Source: Candidatus Rokuibacteriota bacterium (GTDB lineage Bacteria > Methylomirabilota > Methylomirabilia > Rokubacteriales > CSP1-6). Taken from it: DNA of 64,000 nucleotides. A model generated the notes under the pieces. That model was not told the DNA's origin. It saw only the letters and a list, made by a program, of their open reading frames with translations, and searched no databases. Position numbers and translations under genes: made by a program. Of this stretch, positions 7,992-17,409 are shown piece by piece (within the stretch, counting starts at the first letter, position 1; every line of letters starts with the position of its first letter). Where the stretch lies: assembly GCA_023249095.1 (NCBI GenBank), contig JAHFDK010000011.1, positions 1,165 through 65,164 on the forward strand. Direction: 5' to 3'.

Positions 7992-9164
7992 GTGCGCACG
8001 ATCACTCGCGTTGCTCTCGTCGGACTCCTCGCGGCCCTCATCGCCGCTCCGGCGGCCGCGCAGACGGTGAAGATCGGCTTCATCACCACGCTGTCGGGGC
8101 CGCAGGGCATCATCGGGGAACACATGAAGAACTCGGTCGAGCTGGCGCTCGACCATCTCGGACGGAAGGTCGGCGGGCTCGACGTCGAGATGATCTACGG
8201 TGACGATCAGGTCAAGCCCGACGTCGGCAAGCAGCTCGCCGACGAGATGCTCAAGAAGCACAAGGTCCATTTCGTCTCGGGTGTCATCTGGTCCAACGTG
8301 ATGCTGGCGGTGGCGCCCACCGTGACGAGCGCCGGCACGTTCATGATCGGGACCAACGCCGGGCCCCACGAGCTCGCCGGCAAGATGTGCCACGAGCTGT
8401 TCTTCACCACGTCGTGGCAGAACGACCAGACGCCCGAGGCCATGGGCAAGTACATGCAGGACCAGAACATCACCGACGTGTACGCCATGGCGCCCAACTA
8501 CGCCGCCGGCAAGGACATGATCTCGGGGTTCAAGCGTTACTTCAAGAACAAGGTCGTCGCCGAGGTCTACACGCAACTCGGCCAGCAGGACTATCAGGCC
8601 GAGATCAGTCAGATCCGGGCCGCGAACCCGAAAGCGGTCTTCGTGTTTTACCCGGGCGGCATGGGCATCCAGTTCCTCAAGCAGTACGCCCAGGCGGGCC
8701 TCCGCGGCCAGATCCCGCTCTACTCCGTGTACACAGTGGACGAGATCTCGCTGCCGGCCGTGAAGGAAGCGGCGCTCGGCCAGTTCGAGACGCGCTACTG
8801 GAGCCCGGATCTCAAGAACGAGGCGAACCAGAAGTACGTCGGCGAGTTCCGGAAGAAGTATGGCAAGGCGCCGGTGTTCTACGGGGCGCAGAGCTACGAC
8901 GGCATCATGCTGATCGACGCCGCGATTCGGGCCGTGAAGGGCGACCTCACGAACAAGAAGGACATGATCGCGGCCATGCGTCGAGCCGACTACAAGTCGA
9001 CGCGGGGGCCGTACAAGTACAACGTGAACCACTTCCCGATCGAGAACTTCTACCTGCTCAAGGCCGTGCAGAACCCCGACGGCGAGTTCGCCATGCAGAT
9101 CCAGCGCACCGTCTTCGAGAACCACAAGGACGCCTACTCCGCCGAGTGCCCGATGAAGTGGTAG
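7992..9164 (+). CDS. Liv-type ABC substrate-binding protein, aromatic-acid (benzoate-like) binding subfamily
   Basis: Own RBS and signal peptide (VRTITRVALVGLLAALIAAPAAAQ), KIGFITTLSGP, TTSWQNDQTPEAMG. Confidence 0.85.
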   Translation: MRTITRVALVGLLAALIAAPAAAQTVKIGFITTLSGPQGIIGEHMKNSVELALDHLGRKVGGLDVEMIYGDDQVKPDVGKQLADEMLKKHKVHFVSGVIWSNVMLAVAPTVTSAGTFMIGTNAGPHELAGKMCHELFFTTSWQNDQTPEAMGKYMQDQNITDVYAMAPNYAAGKDMISGFKRYFKNKVVAEVYTQLGQQDYQAEISQIRAANPKAVFVFYPGGMGIQFLKQYAQAGLRGQIPLYSVYTVDEISLPAVKEAALGQFETRYWSPDLKNEANQKYVGEFRKKYGKAPVFYGAQSYDGIMLIDAAIRAVKGDLTNKKDMIAAMRRADYKSTRGPYKYNVNHFPIENFYLLKAVQNPDGEFAMQIQRTVFENHKDAYSAECPMKW

Positions 9165-9188
9165 AGGCGGCTGACGTGGCGGGGCTCG

Positions 9189-9220
9189 AGGGGCGCGGCC
9201 AGGCCGCGCCCCTTTTCTTT
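9189..9220 (+). terminator. Intrinsic terminator-like hairpin after the SBP gene
   Basis: AGGGGCGCGGCC-A-GGCCGCGCCCCT perfect inverted repeat followed by TTTCTTT. Confidence 0.75.
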
Positions 9221-9234
9221 CGACGGAGGCGCCG

Positions 9235-10167
9235 GTGACGGTAACCGTCGCCCTCGTCCTGGAGCAGACGCTCAACGGCTTGCAATACGGTGTGATGCTC
9301 TTCCTCATGGCCGCAGGGTTGACGCTCGTCTTCGGCATCATGAACTTCGTCAACCTCGCCCACGGCTCGCTCTACATGGTCGGCGCCTATCTGGCCACGG
9401 CGTTCGCGGCGTGGTCGGGGTCGTTCGTGCTCGGCGCCGCGCTGGCGCTGCCGGCCACGCTCCTGGTCGGCATCGTGGTGGAAGTGGTCGCGCTTCGGAC
9501 CCTCTACGAGCGCGATCATCTCGACCAGGTGCTGGCGACCTTCGGGCTGATCCTCTTCTTCAACGAGTTGATCGCGATCATCTGGGGACGTGCGGCGATC
9601 TACACCAGCCTTCCGCCGTTTCTGGGCGGCCACATCCGCGTGTTGCCAGGAGTTCCCTATCCCGCGTACCGGGCGGGAATCATCCTGGTGGGCGTCACGG
9701 TGGCCGTGCTCCTCTGGGTTCTGGTGACGCGCACCCGACTAGGCATGCGCATCCGGGCGGGGGCCAGCAACCGCACGATGGTCTCGGCGCTCGGTGTGAA
9801 CATCCGGCTCCTCTACACCCTGGTCTTCGGGTTGGGCGCCGCGCTGGCTGGCCTCGCCGGGGCGATGGCCGGCCCCATCTACTCCGTGCAGCCGGGCATG
9901 GGCGAGGCGATCCTCATCCAGGTCTTCGTCGTCATCGTCATCGGCGGCATCGGTTCCATCCGCGGAGCGATGGTCGGCGCCATCGTCGTGGGGATGGCGG
10001 ACACTCTCGGGCGCGCGTTCCTCAAGCCCATGCTGGCCACGGTCATCTCTCCGCCCGCCGCCGACAAGGCGGGGCCGGCTCTCGCCTCGATGTTGATCTA
10101 CCTGCTGATGGCAGCGGTGCTGTTCTTCCGTCCGGAGGGACTGTTCCCGGCGCGTGGTCGCTCCTGA
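9235..10167 (+). CDS. Branched-chain amino acid-type ABC permease (LivH-like)
   Basis: GLTLVFGIMNFVNLAHG, RTRLGMRIRA, VIVIGGIGS. Confidence 0.92.
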   Translation: MTVTVALVLEQTLNGLQYGVMLFLMAAGLTLVFGIMNFVNLAHGSLYMVGAYLATAFAAWSGSFVLGAALALPATLLVGIVVEVVALRTLYERDHLDQVLATFGLILFFNELIAIIWGRAAIYTSLPPFLGGHIRVLPGVPYPAYRAGIILVGVTVAVLLWVLVTRTRLGMRIRAGASNRTMVSALGVNIRLLYTLVFGLGAALAGLAGAMAGPIYSVQPGMGEAILIQVFVVIVIGGIGSIRGAMVGAIVVGMADTLGRAFLKPMLATVISPPAADKAGPALASMLIYLLMAAVLFFRPEGLFPARGRS

Positions 10168-11111
10168 TGGCGATCTCGCGGCGTACGATCGTGCTCGGTG
10201 TCGCGGGCCTCCTGCTGGCGCTGGTGCCGCCGATTGCGGCACTCACCAACCAGCCCTTCTACGTCGACCTGTTCCGTCGCATGATGATCTTCGCCATCGC
10301 CGCGGTGAGCCTCGATCTGATCCTGGGTTACGGAGGCATGGTGAGCTTCGGGCACGCGGCCTACCTCGGCATCGGCGCCTATGCAGTCGGGATCCCCGCC
10401 TTCCACGGCATCGACAACGGCTTCCTCCAGTGGGGCCTGGCCATCGTGGCTTCCGCGCTGACGGCGCTGGTGATCGGCGCGATCTCGCTCAGGACCAGCG
10501 GCGTCTACTTCATCATGATCACGCTCGCCTTCGCTCAGATGCTCTACTACCTGGGCATCAGCCTCGAGACTTACGGCGGTGACAACGGCATGCGGCTCGC
10601 CGCGCGCAGCAAGTTCGGCGGGCCGATCGATCTCCACCAGCCGATGGTCTTCTACTACGTCGTGCTGGCAATCCTCGTCCTGTTCCTCGTGCTCGGCGGC
10701 CGGCTGGTCGAGTCGCGCTTCGGCATGGTCATCCGGGCGGCAAAGTCCAACGAGCCGCGCGCGCGAGCGATCGGCTTCTCGCCGTTCCGGTACAAGCTCA
10801 CCGCCTTCGTCATCGCCGGGAGCGCGGGCGGTCTGGCCGGGGCGCTGCTGGCCAACCAGACGGAGTACCTGACGCCGGAGTTCATGCACTGGACCCGCTC
10901 GGGCGAGATCATGTTCATGGTGATCCTCGGCGGCATGGGGACGCTGTTCGGACCCGTGATCGGCGCGATCGTGCTCCTGCTGCTCGAGGACGTGCTGTCC
11001 GCCCTGACCGCGCACTGGCAGATCGTCCTCGGGCCCATCCTGGTTCTGGTCGTGCTGTTCGCGAAGCACGGCCTGGTTGGTCTCCTGCGCGTCACCCCGC
11101 GTGATGGCTGA
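10167..11111 (+). CDS. Branched-chain amino acid-type ABC permease (LivM-like)
   Basis: ATG overlaps the previous TGA. GYGGMVSFGHAAY, GVYFIMITLAF, MVILGGMGTLFGP. Confidence 0.92.
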   Translation: MAISRRTIVLGVAGLLLALVPPIAALTNQPFYVDLFRRMMIFAIAAVSLDLILGYGGMVSFGHAAYLGIGAYAVGIPAFHGIDNGFLQWGLAIVASALTALVIGAISLRTSGVYFIMITLAFAQMLYYLGISLETYGGDNGMRLAARSKFGGPIDLHQPMVFYYVVLAILVLFLVLGGRLVESRFGMVIRAAKSNEPRARAIGFSPFRYKLTAFVIAGSAGGLAGALLANQTEYLTPEFMHWTRSGEIMFMVILGGMGTLFGPVIGAIVLLLLEDVLSALTAHWQIVLGPILVLVVLFAKHGLVGLLRVTPRDG

Positions 11112-11859
11112 GACGCTGCTGACGGTTCGCGGTCTCAGCAAGCGCTTCGGCGGTCTGCTCGCCAGCGATCAGGTCGACCTCGACGTGGTCCGGGGCGAGA
11201 CGCACGCGATCATCGGCCCCAACGGCGCGGGCAAGACCACGCTCCTCGGGCAGCTCGCGGGCGACCTGCGTCCCGACGCGGGCGCCATCCGGTTCGCCGG
11301 CCGGGACGTCACGCGTTTCGACGCGCCTCTGCGGTCACGGCTGGGGCTGGCGCGCTCGTTCCAGATCACGAGCATCTTCCGCGACTTCTCCGCGCTCGAT
11401 AACGTGGCCCTCGCCGTGCAGGCGCACCGCGGCGGGAACTTCCGTTTCTGGCGGTCGGCCCGGGACGAGCGGGCGCTCCGCGAGCCGGCGCGCGTCGTTC
11501 TGGAGTCGGTGGGACTCGGCGCGCGCGCCGGCGTGCTCGCGGCCCATCTCGCCCACGGCGAGCAGCGGCAACTCGAGATCGCGATGGCCCTGGCGACGGA
11601 GCCACGGCTGCTCCTGCTCGACGAGCCGGTCGCGGGCATGGGACTCGATGAGTCTCAGCAGATGGTCCGCTTCCTCGGCGCCCTCAAGCGGCGGATCACG
11701 ATCGTGCTCGTCGAGCACGATATGGACGCCGTGTTCTCCCTGGCCGATCGGATCTCCGTCATGGTCTACGGCCGGATCATCGCGACCGGGACGCCCCCAG
11801 AGGTCCGGAGCAACGCGGAGGTACGGAGAGCCTATCTGGGCGAGGACGCGACGCCGTGA
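11104..11859 (+). CDS. ABC ATP-binding protein (LivG-like)
   Basis: GPNGAGKTT, LAHGEQRQLE, LLLDEP. Confidence 0.93.
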   Translation: MAETLLTVRGLSKRFGGLLASDQVDLDVVRGETHAIIGPNGAGKTTLLGQLAGDLRPDAGAIRFAGRDVTRFDAPLRSRLGLARSFQITSIFRDFSALDNVALAVQAHRGGNFRFWRSARDERALREPARVVLESVGLGARAGVLAAHLAHGEQRQLEIAMALATEPRLLLLDEPVAGMGLDESQQMVRFLGALKRRITIVLVEHDMDAVFSLADRISVMVYGRIIATGTPPEVRSNAEVRRAYLGEDATP

Positions 11860-12560
11860 TGCTGACGGTCGACTCGATCGAGACGGCGTACGGCGTGAGT
11901 CAGGTCCTGTTCGGCGTGAGCCTCGCCGTTGGGGCCGGGCAGGTCGTGACGCTGCTCGGCCGTAACGGCATGGGCAAGACCACGACCGTGCGCTCGATCA
12001 TGGGCATCGCGAGGCCGCGGGCCGGTACGATCCAGTTCGAGGGCCGCGCGATCCACGGCCTGCCCCCGTACCGTGTGGCGCAGGCCGGGCTCGGCCTGGT
12101 GCCGGAGGGACGCCAGGTGTTTCCCAATCTCACCGTGAGGGAGAACCTCGTGGCGACCGCGGCGAACCGCGCCGGGAGCGCCGACCCCTGGCGAGTCGAG
12201 CCGGTCTTCGAGCTTTTTCCCCAGCTGGCGGCTCGCGCGCGCAGCCTCGGCGGCGCGCTGTCCGGAGGTGAGCAGCAGATGCTCGCGATCGGTCGCGCGC
12301 TGATGACGAACCCGCGCCTGCTCATCCTCGACGAGGCGACCGAGGGGCTCGCGCCGCTCGTCCGCGCCGAGATCTGGCGCTGCGTGGAGCGGCTCAAGGC
12401 GGGTGGCCAGTCGCTCCTGCTCATCGACAAGGACGTGGGAGCGCTCACTCGCATCGCGGATGCGCACTACATCCTCGAGAAGGGTCAGATCGTCTGGAGC
12501 GGAACGTCCGCCGACCTGAGAGCCCGAGCGGACATCCAGCACCGGTACCTCGGCGTATGA
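11856..12560 (+). CDS. ABC ATP-binding protein (LivF-like)
   Basis: GRNGMGKTT, LSGGEQQML, LILDEATEGL. Confidence 0.93.
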   Translation: MMLTVDSIETAYGVSQVLFGVSLAVGAGQVVTLLGRNGMGKTTTVRSIMGIARPRAGTIQFEGRAIHGLPPYRVAQAGLGLVPEGRQVFPNLTVRENLVATAANRAGSADPWRVEPVFELFPQLAARARSLGGALSGGEQQMLAIGRALMTNPRLLILDEATEGLAPLVRAEIWRCVERLKAGGQSLLLIDKDVGALTRIADAHYILEKGQIVWSGTSADLRARADIQHRYLGV

Positions 12561-12573
12561 GAGACTGCACGGC

Positions 12574-13428
12574 GTGAGCTGGATCGACCGCTCGTTTCCG
12601 ACAACGGCGACGCCGAGCGACCTGGTGGGGCGGGTGCTGGGGCTCAACCCGGGGATGATGACGGGGCCGGGCACGAACACGTACCTCGTGGGTCGCCGCG
12701 ATCCGATCCTCATCGACACCGGCGCCGGCGTGGCCGAGTATCCGCCGCTGCTCGCGCGCTATCTCGCCGAGCGCGGGTGGCCCCAGCCCTCGCGCATCAT
12801 CCTCACGCATCGCCACCCGGACCACCTGGGCGGCGTCTCCCAGCTCCGGGCGCGCTTTCGCGGCATCCATGTCTCGAAGATGATCTTTCGCGACGCGTCG
12901 CTGCCGGAGTCGATCCACGATTTGCGCGACGGCCAGAAGATCGAAAGCGACGGTGGCACGCTCATCGCCGTCCACACGCCGGGCCACGCCTCCGACCATC
13001 TCTGCTTCTACCTGGTAGAGGAAAAGGCGCTGTTCACCGGAGACGTGATCCTGGCCGGATCCACGACGGTCATCCCGTCCGGCGACGGAGACCTCCTCGA
13101 CTACATGAATTCGCTCAAGCGCATTCAGGGGCTCGACGTTCGGCGGATCTATCCGGCGCATGGCCCTGTCATCGAGGACGGTCCGGGCCGGATCCAGGAG
13201 TACATCGACCACCGCCTGATGCGCGAGCGCCAGATCCTGGAATCGCTCGGTGACGGTCTCGCCACCATTCCCGCGATGGTCGAGCGGATCTACGCCGACG
13301 TGTCGAAGGCCCTCCACCCGATGGCGGCCATGTCCGTGGAGTCGCACCTGAAAAAACTCGCGCGGGAGGGGCGCGTGCTCGAGACCGTCGTGCGGGACGC
13401 GCCGTCCCGCTGGCTGCTCGTGCGCTAG
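12574..13428 (+). CDS. Metallo-beta-lactamase fold hydrolase (LACTB2-like)
   Basis: THRHPDHLGG, TPGHASDH, FTGD, YPAHG, C-terminal winged-helix-like tail. Confidence 0.9.
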   Translation: MSWIDRSFPTTATPSDLVGRVLGLNPGMMTGPGTNTYLVGRRDPILIDTGAGVAEYPPLLARYLAERGWPQPSRIILTHRHPDHLGGVSQLRARFRGIHVSKMIFRDASLPESIHDLRDGQKIESDGGTLIAVHTPGHASDHLCFYLVEEKALFTGDVILAGSTTVIPSGDGDLLDYMNSLKRIQGLDVRRIYPAHGPVIEDGPGRIQEYIDHRLMRERQILESLGDGLATIPAMVERIYADVSKALHPMAAMSVESHLKKLAREGRVLETVVRDAPSRWLLVR

Positions 13429-13588
13429 CGTCCCGTCCTCGAAGTTCTGTTAACGATCACGCTGCACCGGAGGCGACGGGCGGGTGCGGGAGGGGGCGAC
13501 GGGATCCGTTCCCGCCTCGCCCGATGCGGACGCGATGCGCCCGGATGGAGCCCAGCCGCACCCGAGCAGCGAGCGCGTGCCGCGTGGG

Positions 13589-14350
13589 CTAGCGCGCGCG
13601 GAGCGCCGGCCTCAGACGCTCGCCCGCGCGCGCCCTCTCGACCAGCGCCGCGAAGAGGTTACGCGCGGCGCGATCGTGGCCGACCAGCTCCTCCGGGTGC
13701 CACTGGACCCCGACGACGAACCGAGCGCCGTCGCCGAGCTCCACGCCCTCGACGATCGAGTCCGGCGCCCACGCCACGTCCGTGAGTTCGCGCCCGAGCC
13801 GATTGATCGCCTGGTGGTGGAAGCTGTTCACGTCGACCTCCAGCGCGCCGAGGATGCCGGCGAGCCGCGAGCCTTCCCGTACCTTCACCTGGTGTGTCGT
13901 AATGTTCCGAGCCTTGCCCTGGAGCACCGTCTGGCTGTGATCGAGCGGCGAGCCCGGCTCGCTCGGAATGTCCTGATGCAGGCTGCCGCCGAGGGCGACA
14001 TTGAGTACCTGGAGGCCGCGGCAGACCGCGAGGAGGGGAACGTGGTGCTCTATCGCCCAGCCCGTCAGCTCGATTTCGAGTCCGTCGCGGGCCGCGGAGA
14101 CCTCGGCGGTGGTCGGGTGCGGTGGCTCGCCAAAGCGTGCGGGATCCACGTCACCGCCCCCGGTCAGCAGCACCCCGTCGAGCCGCTTCAGGAGCTCGGC
14201 GCGCGCGGCGGGTCCTAACTGGGGCGGGAGCGGAACCGGTACCCCGCCGGCCTGCTGGACCGCGTTGAGGTACGCCGCGTTGATGTAGGCGCGTTCCGGA
14301 TATTTGTCGACGGTGACCGACGTCGAGACGCCGATGAGCGGAAGATTCAT
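13589..14350 (-). CDS. Gamma-glutamyl-gamma-aminobutyrate hydrolase family (PuuD-like, peptidase C26)
   Basis: LLLTGGGDVDP, AVCRGLQVLNV, VNSFHHQ, VQWHPE catalytic motifs. Confidence 0.92.
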   Translation of the reverse strand: MNLPLIGVSTSVTVDKYPERAYINAAYLNAVQQAGGVPVPLPPQLGPAARAELLKRLDGVLLTGGGDVDPARFGEPPHPTTAEVSAARDGLEIELTGWAIEHHVPLLAVCRGLQVLNVALGGSLHQDIPSEPGSPLDHSQTVLQGKARNITTHQVKVREGSRLAGILGALEVDVNSFHHQAINRLGRELTDVAWAPDSIVEGVELGDGARFVVGVQWHPEELVGHDRAARNLFAALVERARAGERLRPALRAR

Positions 14351-14411
14351 CGTTCCAAGCCTAGCACGGTGCCCCTTGGCGGGTGGCTCCCTCACGGGTA
14401 TGATGGCCGCC

Positions 14412-16190
14412 ATGAGCCTTGACTCCGCCAGCTCCCAGCAGAAGGCGCCCGCTCACACCCCGACCTCCACGGCCCAGGTCATTGGCACGCGCTGGGCGGT
14501 GGCCGCAGGCCACGCGCTCGCTTCCGAAGCCGCCGCGCGCGTTCTCGGCGCCGGCGGAAACGCGATCGATGCCGGCGTCGCCGCTGGTATCACCCTGGGT
14601 GTCGTCCACTGCGACATGGTGAGCGTCGCGGGGGTGGCGCCGATCCTCGTGCACGTCGCGCGCACCGGCGAGACCTGGCAGGTCTCCGGCGTCGGACCGT
14701 ATCCGCGCGCGACGACGGCCGCGTATTTCCGCGAGCGCCACGGCGGTCAGATCCCGCCGGGGCTGCCGCGCACGGTCGTGCCGGCGGCGCCGGATGCCTG
14801 GTGCACCGCGCTCTCGCGGTGGGGCACGATGTCGTTCGCCGAGGTTGCGACGGCCGCCACTGAACACGCCGAGCGCGGTTTTCCGATCTCGCAGTTCACC
14901 GCCTATCAGATGGCGTCGAACGCCGACAAGTACCGCCGCTGGCCGTCCTCGGCGGCGCTCTACCTGCGTGACGGTCGGGCGCTTCGCATCGGCGAGGTTC
15001 TCGTGCAGCGCGAGCTGGGCGAGACGCTCCGCCGCATGGCCCGCGCCGAAGCGAAGGCAGGCGGCAGCCGCGAGACCGGGGTGCGCGCCGCGCGGGACGA
15101 ATTCTATCGGGGCGAGACGGCCGAGCGCATCGCCGAGTTCCACCGCGCCGAGGGTGGGCCGCTCGCCGCCAGCGACCTCGCCGAGTTCAGCGTCGAGGTG
15201 GGCCCCGCCTTGCGGACCACCTTCGGCCGGTACGAGGTCGCCGCGTGCGGCTTCTGGTGTCAGGGGCCGTCGTTCCTCCAGATGCTCAACCTCCTCGACG
15301 GCGTCGACCTCAAGGCCCTCGGCCACAACTCACCGGTGTACCTGCACCGGCTCATCGAGACGATCAAGCTCGCCTTCGCCGATCGCGACGCGTACTACGG
15401 CGATCCGCACTTCGTGAAGATTCCGGACGGGCTCCTCTCGAAGGCGTACGCCGCGACGCGGCAGCGACTCATCAAGGAGCGGGCATGGCCCGACATGCCG
15501 CCCGCCGGCGATCCCGATCGGCTCGACGCGGTGAGACGCCTGGAGGCGGCGCTGCCGCTGGCGGGAGGCTCGCACCCGTCGCCCGGCGGCACGACGGCGA
15601 CGGAGACGCTCGACACGAGCTATGTCGCCGTCGTGGACGAGGCGGGCAATGGCTTCTCGGCCACACCCAGCGACCCGAATGTCGACTCGCCCGTCGTCAC
15701 CGGCGTCGGCTGCGTCGTCTCGCCTCGCGGCTCGCAGTGCTGGCTGGACCCGGAGCATCCGAGCGTTGTCGCGCCCGGCAAGCGGCCTCGACTCACACCC
15801 GCGCCGGCGATGGCGTTCACGGGTGGCCGCCTCTTCATGCCGTTCGGCACGCCAGGCGGCGACGTCCAGCAGCAGGCGATGCTCCAGGTCTTCCTGAACA
15901 CCACGGTCTTCGGAATGGACCCGCAGCCCGCCATCGAAGCACCCCGCGTCGCGTCGCGCAGTCATCCGGATTCTTTCTGGCCGCACTCGATCGCGCCCGG
16001 CAAGGTCGAGGCTGAGCGACGCATTCCGCGCGAGACGCGCGACGCGCTGGCGGCGCTCGGACACGCGGTCGCGGAGTGGTCGGAGTGGGAGTGGCGGGCC
16101 GGCGGGGTGTGTGCGGTCAAGGTCGGGCCGGACGCTACCCGGTGGGCCGGGGTCGATCCGCGTCGCGGCTGTCACGCCATCGCACGGTAG
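14412..16190 (+). CDS. Gamma-glutamyltransferase-family Ntn hydrolase (non-canonical subfamily)
   Basis: GGNAIDAGVA, LDTSYVAVVD (Thr nucleophile), PGKRPRLTP, FGTPGGD. Start uncertain (14400-14412). Confidence 0.88.
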   Translation: MSLDSASSQQKAPAHTPTSTAQVIGTRWAVAAGHALASEAAARVLGAGGNAIDAGVAAGITLGVVHCDMVSVAGVAPILVHVARTGETWQVSGVGPYPRATTAAYFRERHGGQIPPGLPRTVVPAAPDAWCTALSRWGTMSFAEVATAATEHAERGFPISQFTAYQMASNADKYRRWPSSAALYLRDGRALRIGEVLVQRELGETLRRMARAEAKAGGSRETGVRAARDEFYRGETAERIAEFHRAEGGPLAASDLAEFSVEVGPALRTTFGRYEVAACGFWCQGPSFLQMLNLLDGVDLKALGHNSPVYLHRLIETIKLAFADRDAYYGDPHFVKIPDGLLSKAYAATRQRLIKERAWPDMPPAGDPDRLDAVRRLEAALPLAGGSHPSPGGTTATETLDTSYVAVVDEAGNGFSATPSDPNVDSPVVTGVGCVVSPRGSQCWLDPEHPSVVAPGKRPRLTPAPAMAFTGGRLFMPFGTPGGDVQQQAMLQVFLNTTVFGMDPQPAIEAPRVASRSHPDSFWPHSIAPGKVEAERRIPRETRDALAALGHAVAEWSEWEWRAGGVCAVKVGPDATRWAGVDPRRGCHAIAR

Positions 16191-16232
16191 ATCCACGGGT
16201 CAGCCCCGGAGCTCCATAGCGGTCCCACAGCG

Positions 16233-17399
16233 ATGAGGAGTGTCTACTCCTCGACGGTCGTGCGTGTGACCATGTTCGCCGTGCTCGGGCTCGGCGCCGC
16301 GTCCGTCGCTGCGCAGCCCTTGCCTGCACCGGCCGTCGCGGCGTCTCCTACGGGCAAGCTCCGAGCTGAGCGCCCTGTCTATCGGGTCGGAGACCAGTGG
16401 GTTCGCACCGACGGCGTGTACGAGCTCGTGCGCATCGACCGGGACGTCTACGTCTTTGCAGCCGGCGCAGGCAAGGAATTTCACCTCACGAAGGATCTCG
16501 GCGTCACGAGAATCGTGCTCGACGGGCGGACCGAGCTCGACATCGATTCTTCGCCGAAGTTCGGCTGGCCGCTCGAGGTCGGCAAATGGGGTGTCGGCCG
16601 CGCCACCTGGCGCTCCCCACCGCCCAGGCCGTTGGTGAGCTTCACGGGCGCGGTCAATGTCTCCTGGCAAGTCGAGCTGTCCGAGGATCTCGTCACGGCG
16701 GCCGGGACCTTCCGGACGTTACGGATCACGCAGAAGATCGAGACGGTCTCGGGGTCGTTCGGCGGCAGCGGCCAGCAGTTCGGTCAGTTCTTTCTCTGGT
16801 ACGCGCCGGACGTCCAGCGGTTCGTGAAGGCCGAGGGCAATCTCAAGGGGCTCAGCTGGGAGCTCGGCGGTGCCGCGCGGTCGCCGGCCCCGCCCGTTGC
16901 CGTGGCGCCGCCGCCGGTCCAGCCACGCCCGGAGCCAACGTCTCCAGCCACGTCGCCGCCGCCCGTCGCGACACCGGCCCCCGCCGCGCCGCCGCCGCCC
17001 GCGAAAACGCCATCGGTCCCCACACCGCCGCCATCCGTCGCGGTGGCGCCCCGAAGCGACACCGAGGCGCCGAAGATCACCATCAACTATCCCCTCCCGG
17101 ACGCGAGACTAAGCGAGGAGAACATCCTGATCACGGGCCTGGTCACGGACAACGTCGAGGTCGTCCGCCTTCAGGTGCTCGTGAACGGGGTCGAGGCAAC
17201 GCCGCTGCGCGATGTCGGCGTGATGGGCCGGGGCGTCCTGGTAGGCGCGCTTGGAGCGCTCAAGCCGGGGCCGAACGTCATCGAGGTCATCGCCACCGAC
17301 AAGGCGGGGAACGTCGCTCAGGTGCTCCGAACCGTGACCCGTGTCGTTGCCGCGCCCGCACCGGGGCCGGCCCCGACGTCCGCGGTCCCGCGTCGCTAG
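16233..17399 (+). CDS. Secreted hypothetical protein: beta-rich N-domain, Pro-rich linker, C-terminal Ig-like domain
   Basis: Signal-like N-terminus, PPPP-rich linker (~16870-17060), DTEAPKITI...GPNVIEVIATDKAGN Ig-like pattern. Confidence 0.7.
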   Translation: MRSVYSSTVVRVTMFAVLGLGAASVAAQPLPAPAVAASPTGKLRAERPVYRVGDQWVRTDGVYELVRIDRDVYVFAAGAGKEFHLTKDLGVTRIVLDGRTELDIDSSPKFGWPLEVGKWGVGRATWRSPPPRPLVSFTGAVNVSWQVELSEDLVTAAGTFRTLRITQKIETVSGSFGGSGQQFGQFFLWYAPDVQRFVKAEGNLKGLSWELGGAARSPAPPVAVAPPPVQPRPEPTSPATSPPPVATPAPAAPPPPAKTPSVPTPPPSVAVAPRSDTEAPKITINYPLPDARLSEENILITGLVTDNVEVVRLQVLVNGVEATPLRDVGVMGRGVLVGALGALKPGPNVIEVIATDKAGNVAQVLRTVTRVVAAPAPGPAPTSAVPRR

Positions 17400-17409
17400 G
17401 TCGCCGCGA

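Noticed and set aside
7479-9164. Novel thioesterase-periplasmic binding protein fusion
   Set aside because: Explained by a +1 frameshift at 7829-7832. The SBP has its own promoter element, RBS and signal peptide.
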